DNA of 64,000 nucleotides. Source: Deltaproteobacteria bacterium (lineage in GTDB: Bacteria > Bdellovibrionota > FAC87 > UBA2466). Positions within the stretch are counted from its first letter, which is position 1, and every line of letters starts with the position of its first letter. A program made the translations under genes and the position numbers. The notes under the pieces are model-generated. The model ran no database searches. It was not told the DNA's origin and saw only the letters and a program-made list of their open reading frames with translations. Shown one piece after another: positions 57,964 through 64,000 of this stretch. The DNA lies in NCBI GenBank assembly GCA_016196825.1, contig JACPWY010000007.1, forward strand, positions 2,468-66,467, in the 5' to 3' direction.

Positions 57964-59109
57964 ATGCTCAGGCCGGCGAGTAAGGCCTTCTTTCTTTTTG
58001 GCCCGCGAGGAACAGGCAAAAGTACCTGGTCAAAACAGGCCTTTCCTGGGGCTTCGCGCTTCGATCTTTTGCGCGCCTCGGAGTCTTTGCGATTTCAGAA
58101 GGCACCGTCCGAGTTTTCTGCGGAGGTCAGGGCCTTTCCCAAGGATCGTTGGGTCATTGTGGATGAGATCCAAAAAGTGCCGGCTCTCCTGGATGAAATC
58201 CATTCCCTCATGGAAAACGATGGCTACAACCACTTTGTTCTTACTGGTTCATCGGCCCGCAAACTGAGGCGGGGCGCCGCCAACCTGTTGGCCGGGCGCG
58301 CGACGCAAAAGTCACTTTTTCCGCTCAACAGTTTTGAAACGAATTTTTCATTGCCTCCGGAGCAGGTCCTAAACTTTGGACTTCTGCCGGAAAGTGTCAA
58401 CGCTCAGTCGGATGAGGCTCGGGAGGATTACTTGAATGCCTACGTTGAGACCTATCTTCAGGAGGAGATCAAGGCCGAGGCGTTGGTGAAGGATGTTGGG
58501 TCATTTGCCCGTTTCGTCCAGGTTGGGGCCTTGGTAGCCGCCCAGACCACCAATGTGTCGGGAGTAGCGCGCGATGCAGGAGTGGGTCGTGAGACCGTGA
58601 GAGGTTACTTTGAGGTCTTGGAGGACACTCTCCTCGGAAGTTGGTTACCGGCCTATCGGCCCAGGGCTAAAATTAAGGAAATCGGTCTGCCCAAGTTTTA
58701 TTGGTTTGACGCCGGAGTCCTGCGGGCGGCGTTCGACGGATTTCGCCAGCCTCTGCCATCCGATTATCGAGGTGTCCTACTCGAGCATTGGATAAATCAC
58801 GAGATGCTGAGCTATATGCACTACGGTAGAGTCAAGGGGTCACTTGGCTATTGGTCGACTCCCTCGGAAAGTAAAATCGATTTCTTGTGGTGGTACGGGG
58901 AAGCATTCGTTGCGATCGAAGTTAAGGCCGGCAAGGAATTTCGTTCGGAGTTCCTTAAGGGAATTACATCGTTTTCTCAAGGCAAAAAACTGAAGCGTTC
59001 CTTTGTTGTTTACTTGGGAAGCAAAGAGATGAAGGTCGGGCAAACTTGGATCTTTCCTGTGCAAAAGTTTCTCAAGGAGCTCTATGCGGGTGGGGTGTTT
59101 GGAGGCTGA
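57964..59109 (+). CDS. AAA+ ATPase with C-terminal DUF4143-type domain
   Basis: Walker A FGPRGTGKST. Walker B VIVDEIQ. The ORF is open from 57943, but that start lies inside the hairpin. Confidence 0.7.
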   Translation: MLRPASKAFFLFGPRGTGKSTWSKQAFPGASRFDLLRASESLRFQKAPSEFSAEVRAFPKDRWVIVDEIQKVPALLDEIHSLMENDGYNHFVLTGSSARKLRRGAANLLAGRATQKSLFPLNSFETNFSLPPEQVLNFGLLPESVNAQSDEAREDYLNAYVETYLQEEIKAEALVKDVGSFARFVQVGALVAAQTTNVSGVARDAGVGRETVRGYFEVLEDTLLGSWLPAYRPRAKIKEIGLPKFYWFDAGVLRAAFDGFRQPLPSDYRGVLLEHWINHEMLSYMHYGRVKGSLGYWSTPSESKIDFLWWYGEAFVAIEVKAGKEFRSEFLKGITSFSQGKKLKRSFVVYLGSKEMKVGQTWIFPVQKFLKELYAGGVFGG

Positions 59110-59241
59110 GTGGCCTTCGGCCCATTCGATTTTTGAAGAAGTCCTCATGGAGCGGGGTAGGGCCAGCCGAGGGAGCGAGAGTTTATCGAGCCATTCGTTT
59201 GTCAGCGACGGAAAGAGGGCTCGGCGGTGGCGCCAGAAACT

Positions 59242-59556
59242 TTACCGCGCTTCATCCACGTAAAAATAGGCTTCAGGGTACTTCGCGCACAAATTCACAA
59301 GCTGTGGTTGATCGTATTGAACCGTGCAAAGCTGTTTGCCTTCTGTCGATTGCACGTGGCGGTACTCGTTAGCGTAATGCTGGCAGTACGGTTCCACGTA
59401 CTCGCGCACGCAAAGGGTTTTTCCCTCTTGGCTCTTCACGTAGGAATAGAGCTGCGGAAAGAGTTTGCAGACTGAGTTTTTGCTGTCGTAGTTGCGGACA
59501 CAGACCGAGGCTTGAGCCATTGAGGTCAAAGTGATCAGAGCCAATAGAAATTTCAT
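59242..59556 (-). CDS. Small secreted protein with three internal Cys-Tyr-rich repeats
   Basis: Signal peptide MKFLLALITLTSMAQA. Repeats CKLFPQLYSYVKSQEGKTLC / CQHYANEYRHVQSTEGKQLC / CAKYPEAYFYVDEAR. Confidence 0.5.
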   Translation of the reverse strand: MKFLLALITLTSMAQASVCVRNYDSKNSVCKLFPQLYSYVKSQEGKTLCVREYVEPYCQHYANEYRHVQSTEGKQLCTVQYDQPQLVNLCAKYPEAYFYVDEAR

Positions 59557-59581
59557 GTTTCCTCCCCATGTTGGGAGAATC

Positions 59582-61282
59582 TTACCCCGAAATCACGGGA
59601 TCGTATATTTTCGAAGAAATGATTCCGGCCCCAGTGAGCGCCACGAGGACAAACGGAAGACTCAAAGGGCTCCAGAGAGAGGGCCAGATGAGGACCGCCG
59701 CGAGGAACCAAAGTAGTCGGTGGCCGAGGGCAAGTGTGGTGGCGAGTCGGCCGAAGGTCCGAGCGAATGCTGCTGAGAAAATGAGCGTTGCGAGGAGCGG
59801 GAGGAGGTAGGAGCCCTGGTGGAGGGAGGACCAGTTGGCGTTGAAGATGCTGAGGGTCCAGAAAAAGTAGGAGAGGGTGAGAAAGGCGAGCCAGCGGATG
59901 CCGTCGGCGACGCCAGTGGAGCGTTTGTGGATCGCCTGAACCCCGATCGCGAGAGCGCCGAGCCAAAGGATTCCGATCATGGGTCCGAAGTAGAAAAAAC
60001 TGTCGACTCGGTCGCCGCGAATGAGCGAAGGGAATGAGAATTCGAGTCGGGGGATTTCGGACTGGAAGGGAAATGAGACGGCGTTGGCCCAGCGGGTGTG
60101 AAGAATCTGGGACCAGGTTTGGGTGGCGTAGGCGTTGCGGAGCGCCTGCCAGACGGTGCGGGAATCGACGGCCTCAACGCCCGCGAAATGCATCTTGAGA
60201 AGGCGATTGCCGGGAGGGTCGTAGAAACGTTGGTACAGAGTCCAGGGGAGATAGAGCAGAAAGGCTGCCCCAAAAAATTGCGGCACGAGTCTGCGGTGAT
60301 GGGCGCGCACTACCCGGACGATCCAGGCCGGCACTAAGAGCGCCAAAGAGAAAAGCACGCCACCGTGGGCGAGGGCGCCGAGTGTGGTGAACGCGGCGCC
60401 CACGATTGTATTGAGGCGCGTGGGCTCGCGATAAAAGAGAAACACAACCCCAAAGAGTGCGAGCGAGGCCGAAAGAAACTTTGGCCACACAAACAGCGTG
60501 TTTACAAAAAAGAAGAAAGAGAAGAGGCAGAAAAGAAAGCTCAGCCGTCGGGCGGGGCCGGCCACGCCGACTGCATCAAGAAAAAAGAGCGCCGCGACCG
60601 CCCAGAGTGATTGGAACAGCACCGCCATGAGATGGTAGGTTTCGAAACGCTCGGCACCGAGAACGCTTCCAAGGGGGCGCAGAAGCAATGATAGCCCCGC
60701 CTGCAGCGGCGGCCGATCGCTGCTACGCCAGGTGCTGCCGGCGTCACGCGGGTCCTCGCCGTGCAGGAGATGGTGCGCCAGATCATCGGGAAGGTGCGGG
60801 TCGCCGGGCAGCGCCCAGCCGGGGAGTTGAAAGGAGAGAGTGAATGAGCCCTCTAAGGGCTCGCGAAGATTCTGCAGTCCTAGAGAGAGGAGAGCTACCC
60901 CGACCGCGAGTGCCAGCGGAGCGTAGACTCGGCGGGCGCGAAAAAGTGCGGGGCTTCCCGAGAGTGCTGCCACGGCCCATAGACCGGACGCTCCCATGCC
61001 GAGCCATCGGTTGAGAAAGAAGAGCCAAAAGACCGCGTAGCCTCCGAGAGCCACACCGAGCGTGACGAGTGCGGGGCGGTCCTTGTGCGGAGCGCCTCCG
61101 AACAATCGCTCAACGAGAAACGCAGGGGGTGCCAAGAGGAGCCACCCGCTCCCGCCCACCACAAGAACCATGCGGAACGCGCGCCCAAGGACGCTGAAAA
61201 AAAGATGGGCGCTGCTGCTGAGCTCAATCGTCGGCAAAGGGCTCCTTGAGGAATTTCCGCAGGCTACTCTCTCTGATCTCAT
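59582..61282 (-). CDS. Polytopic integral membrane protein, unknown function
   Basis: 566 aa with at least 12 hydrophobic helices. No catalytic motif recognised. Confidence 0.5.
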   Translation of the reverse strand: MRSERVACGNSSRSPLPTIELSSSAHLFFSVLGRAFRMVLVVGGSGWLLLAPPAFLVERLFGGAPHKDRPALVTLGVALGGYAVFWLFFLNRWLGMGASGLWAVAALSGSPALFRARRVYAPLALAVGVALLSLGLQNLREPLEGSFTLSFQLPGWALPGDPHLPDDLAHHLLHGEDPRDAGSTWRSSDRPPLQAGLSLLLRPLGSVLGAERFETYHLMAVLFQSLWAVAALFFLDAVGVAGPARRLSFLFCLFSFFFFVNTLFVWPKFLSASLALFGVVFLFYREPTRLNTIVGAAFTTLGALAHGGVLFSLALLVPAWIVRVVRAHHRRLVPQFFGAAFLLYLPWTLYQRFYDPPGNRLLKMHFAGVEAVDSRTVWQALRNAYATQTWSQILHTRWANAVSFPFQSEIPRLEFSFPSLIRGDRVDSFFYFGPMIGILWLGALAIGVQAIHKRSTGVADGIRWLAFLTLSYFFWTLSIFNANWSSLHQGSYLLPLLATLIFSAAFARTFGRLATTLALGHRLLWFLAAVLIWPSLWSPLSLPFVLVALTGAGIISSKIYDPVISG

Positions 61283-61370
61283 TTGTTAATGCTTGGGCAC
61301 ACCCTGGCCCCCAATTCCTTGCTGCGTGACTGCGGGCCTGACACGGTGAGGCCGCAACTCGAAAGGAGAT

Positions 61371-62393
61371 TTGATGGTACTCATAGCGGCCTTGATGGCA
61401 GCCCTCAGCTGGGGAGCTGACCTGAAGATCGATCTGGTGTCTGAACTGCACGTGCTCGAGGCGAGCACAGAGCAGGTCTTTGTGGATGGAAAGCTTTTCA
61501 GCGTGAACTCGGCGGCTGGTGCCGTCCAAATTTACGGAGAGCAGGCGAAGTATCTTGGGGCTGTGAAAATCGCGCACTCCATGGCACGGATCGCGCCGAT
61601 GGGTGATCACCAATTTGTGGTGTATGGAAAGCTCCAGGAGCCCTGGCGTTTTTACTACACCGTGGTCGATGCTCGTACCCTTCAGGCGACAGGTCATGAA
61701 ATTCGGGCCGACTATGATCTCTTCCCCGATCGGTTTGTCGCTCTCGCCAATGGTGAGATCTTTGCGTCGGATATTCCTGAGCGCGGGATCATGCACTATC
61801 GGCTGGGGGGCCGGGCCCAGAAGCTGAAGTTGGACATTGGGGTGCCTACCTTTCTCGCAGTGATTGGAAAGTCGCTCTTTGCGGTGGAGGATGGTCTGCT
61901 CTCCTCCAGCCATTCGAATCTGGTTCAGGTGGACCTTCAGTCGGGGGCTGTGAAGCGCTTTTTTGATAAGAGCGCCCTCCCTTCGCGCTTTTCGGGATTG
62001 AAATTGCTTTCCGATGGAAAGACTTTGGCGGCGAGCCAGATCTGGAGCGATCAGGTCGTTCTCATCGATACGCAGGCTGGCCAGGTGGCCAAGACACTCC
62101 CTGTCTCTGGAGGCCCCCGCGGAGTGGGGGAGGTTGGGCATTGTCTGGTTGTGGCGAGCGAGGAGAGTCGGCGCATCTCTTTCTGGGATAAGAACACCGG
62201 GGCCCAGGTGAATGAGTGGTCACTCTCGGGGGCGGATGATCGGCTCAAGAAACCGGGGACGATCTCGATCGATCCCGCAGGTCGCATCTTTGTGCGTTCA
62301 GCCTACCCATGTTTCGGGTGTCAGACGACCCAGAGCAGCCTTTGGGTCGTTGAAGAGGTGGGTGGAAAGACCTTCAGCGATTGTAAGCTCTAA
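61371..62393 (+). CDS. Secreted beta-propeller-like hypothetical protein
   Basis: Signal peptide MMVLIAALMAALSWGA. Repetitive beta-strand-rich sequence with several Gly/Asp turns. Confidence 0.45.
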   Translation: MMVLIAALMAALSWGADLKIDLVSELHVLEASTEQVFVDGKLFSVNSAAGAVQIYGEQAKYLGAVKIAHSMARIAPMGDHQFVVYGKLQEPWRFYYTVVDARTLQATGHEIRADYDLFPDRFVALANGEIFASDIPERGIMHYRLGGRAQKLKLDIGVPTFLAVIGKSLFAVEDGLLSSSHSNLVQVDLQSGAVKRFFDKSALPSRFSGLKLLSDGKTLAASQIWSDQVVLIDTQAGQVAKTLPVSGGPRGVGEVGHCLVVASEESRRISFWDKNTGAQVNEWSLSGADDRLKKPGTISIDPAGRIFVRSAYPCFGCQTTQSSLWVVEEVGGKTFSDCKL

Positions 62394-62474
62394 GAAGTGA
62401 AAGCCGCTGGCCCCGCCCCTGAGGGGGCGGGGCCAGACTTCCCATCAAAATAATTCCTGTCTATAGTCCCACGC

Positions 62475-62939
62475 ATGGAAAAAAAAGGATTGCAGGAGAC
62501 CTACGCGCCTCACAGCGAATGCTTCGGGTGTGGCCCCTCTAACTCGAAGGGGCTGAGAATTCGCAGTGTCCCCCAGGGTGATGAGGTGGTGGCTGAGTGG
62601 CGGGCGGAAAAATTTCATGAGGCCTTTCCGGGTGTCTTAAATGGCGGAATCATCGGAAGTCTTCTCGATTGCCATTCCAATTGGACAGCCGCTTATTTGA
62701 TCATGAAGTCGAATCAAGAGCAGACTCCACCGTGCACGGTGACCGCCGAATACCATGTGAAGCTCACGCGCCCCACGCCCACTGACGGGGTGATTTCGCT
62801 CAAGGCGCGGGCCAAAGAGGTGAAGGGCGATCGCGCGACGATCGAGGCAGAGTTGATAGCGGGCGGCAAGGTGTGTGCGACGTGTGTGGGGACCTTTGTG
62901 GCGGTTAAGCCGGGCCACCCGGCCTACCATCGTTGGTAA
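62475..62939 (+). CDS. PaaI/4HBT-family hotdog-fold thioesterase
   Basis: A zinc-ribbon-like N-terminus (CFGCGPSN), then GVLNGGIIGSLLDCHSNW, the hotdog catalytic region. Confidence 0.75.
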   Translation: MEKKGLQETYAPHSECFGCGPSNSKGLRIRSVPQGDEVVAEWRAEKFHEAFPGVLNGGIIGSLLDCHSNWTAAYLIMKSNQEQTPPCTVTAEYHVKLTRPTPTDGVISLKARAKEVKGDRATIEAELIAGGKVCATCVGTFVAVKPGHPAYHRW

Positions 62940-62940
62940 T

Positions 62941-63795
62941 ATGCTTTTGTTGGGTGCCCATATATCCATTGCTGGTGGCGTCGATAAGGCCATCGAGCGA
63001 GGTGAGAAGCTGGGGTGCGATGCCATTCAGATCTTCACGCAGTCGAGCCGCACCTGGAAATGTTTTCCGATTGCGGTACAGACCCAGGCAGCGTTTCGGA
63101 CGGCTTTGAAAACGGCCAAACGGGTGAAGCGGGTGGTGGCCCACAATTCGTACCTCCTCAATCTCAGCACGACCGACAGCGTGCACAGGAAACAATCGGT
63201 GCGTTTCTTCATCGACATCATGAACCAGTGCGAGTCGCTGGGGATTGAATCATTGATCACCCATCCAGGGAGCCACAAAGGTGAGGGGTTGGCAGCGGGG
63301 ATTCGGGCGACGGTGCAGAGTCTGAATGAAGTGATGAAGGCCTGTGCTGGATTTGAGACCCGGATATTGATGGAAAACACGGCTGGCCAGGGCGATTGCA
63401 TTGGCCACCGATTCGAGGAGTTGCGATCGATCGTTTCCGCGACAAGTGATCCCGATCGGATCGGGTTTTGTTTTGACACGCAACACGCCTTTGCCGCCGG
63501 GTATGATCTCCGAACTCAGGCCGACTATGAGGCGACATTCGACCAATTCGAGCGCTTACTGGGTATAAAGAAAATTGGGGCCTTTCATCTCAACGACGCG
63601 GTCAAGGAATTTGGCAGTCGAGTGGATCGCCATGCGAACATCGGCGAAGGTTTTCTGGGAAAAGAGCCATTTCAATTTCTGCTCAATGACAAGCGATTTC
63701 GAGGTGTGCCGATGTGCCTCGAAACCGATCCAGGCGAAGATGATCGCAAACATAAGAAGGATCTGAAGACACTTCGTTCGCTCGTTTCGCGTTGA
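62941..63795 (+). CDS. nfo: Endonuclease IV (AP endonuclease, Nfo)
   Basis: MLLLGAHISIAGG at the N-terminus. The metal-binding blocks HxSYLxN, HPGSH, E..AGQG, D.QH and HLNDA are all present. The ORF is open from 62875. Confidence 0.85.
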   Translation: MLLLGAHISIAGGVDKAIERGEKLGCDAIQIFTQSSRTWKCFPIAVQTQAAFRTALKTAKRVKRVVAHNSYLLNLSTTDSVHRKQSVRFFIDIMNQCESLGIESLITHPGSHKGEGLAAGIRATVQSLNEVMKACAGFETRILMENTAGQGDCIGHRFEELRSIVSATSDPDRIGFCFDTQHAFAAGYDLRTQADYEATFDQFERLLGIKKIGAFHLNDAVKEFGSRVDRHANIGEGFLGKEPFQFLLNDKRFRGVPMCLETDPGEDDRKHKKDLKTLRSLVSR

Positions 63796-64000
63796 GTCAT
63801 CAGCGTTGGCGGGGCAATTCGGGCGTCGACAGGAACGCAATCGCGCCGTGCCATGACTCTTCTCGACCGCTTCACCATTCTGGCCGCGTGTTGGGGGACA
63901 ACACACTTTCAAAAACCAGACTCTGAAACAAGGACAAAAGGGGCGGCATGAAAAACCATACCACTTCGACAAGGGTGTACTCTATCCTCATGGTTGCGTT

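Noticed and set aside
1-64000. CRISPR arrays, reverse transcriptases, toxin-antitoxin pairs
   Set aside because: I scanned for regularly spaced direct repeats and for the RT (YxDD) and Cas signatures. None were seen. The only notable repeats are the two inverted repeats reported.

Overview
High-GC (roughly 60%) bacterial chromosomal window, densely coded on both strands. I infer about 55 protein genes, one tRNA, one IS element and several conspicuous inverted repeats. All calls come from reading the six-frame translations and recognising family motifs; no database search was possible, so family names are inferences from motif matches.

Content by position:
- **1-9.7 kb:** secreted proteins and a lipoprotein, an ABM monooxygenase, a thioredoxin-like 2Fe-2S ferredoxin next to a 1199-aa fused GltD/NfnB-like plus PyrK/NfnA-like flavo-FeS oxidoreductase, a YD-repeat protein and an SGNH hydrolase.
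- **9.6-14.6 kb:** three large polytopic membrane proteins, at least one with an ArnT/PMT (GT-C) signature. A fourth GT-C-like gene lies at 24.1-25.8 kb, in an operon with an ADP-heptose-type adenylyltransferase and an aminotransferase.
- **14.8-22.1 kb:** a DUF222-HNH endonuclease gene, then a lower-GC two-gene IS91-family element (a tyrosine recombinase frameshifted at a T9 run, plus an HUH-Y2 transposase). Beyond it lie an unknown 406-aa protein, a secreted papain-like protease and a decayed second copy of the HNH gene.
- **23-37.9 kb:** a cupredoxin, a diiron oxygenase, an alpha/beta hydrolase, an M24 peptidase, an SDR, an acyl-CoA desaturase, RecD2 and a 900-aa HEAT-repeat protein.
- **37.9-50.4 kb:** CopA P-type ATPase, CrcB fluoride channel, a GH1 beta-glucosidase / GT21 (ceramide-glucosyltransferase homolog) / PHP phosphoesterase operon, and an RND pump with a TolC-like outer membrane protein but no adaptor.
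- **50.5-57.7 kb:** a GatZ-like / cupin / GT2 operon, an ankyrin-repeat secreted protein, a TIGR02147-type HTH protein (a family abundant in Bdellovibrio-like predators), a nucleotidyltransferase-kinase fusion and a KdsC-like phosphatase.
- **57.8-64 kb:** tRNA-Arg(TCG) followed by a 47-bp hairpin, an AAA+/DUF4143 ATPase, small secreted proteins, a PaaI thioesterase and endonuclease IV.

The most unusual signals:
- A GT21-GH1-PHP glycolipid module.
- A concentration of GT-C/GT2/sugar-activation genes consistent with an uncharacterised periplasmic glycosylation system.
- The IS91 element with its adjacent unknown cargo.
- A 30-bp perfect inverted repeat that embeds the stop codons of two convergent genes.
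- The fused Nfn-like oxidoreductase.
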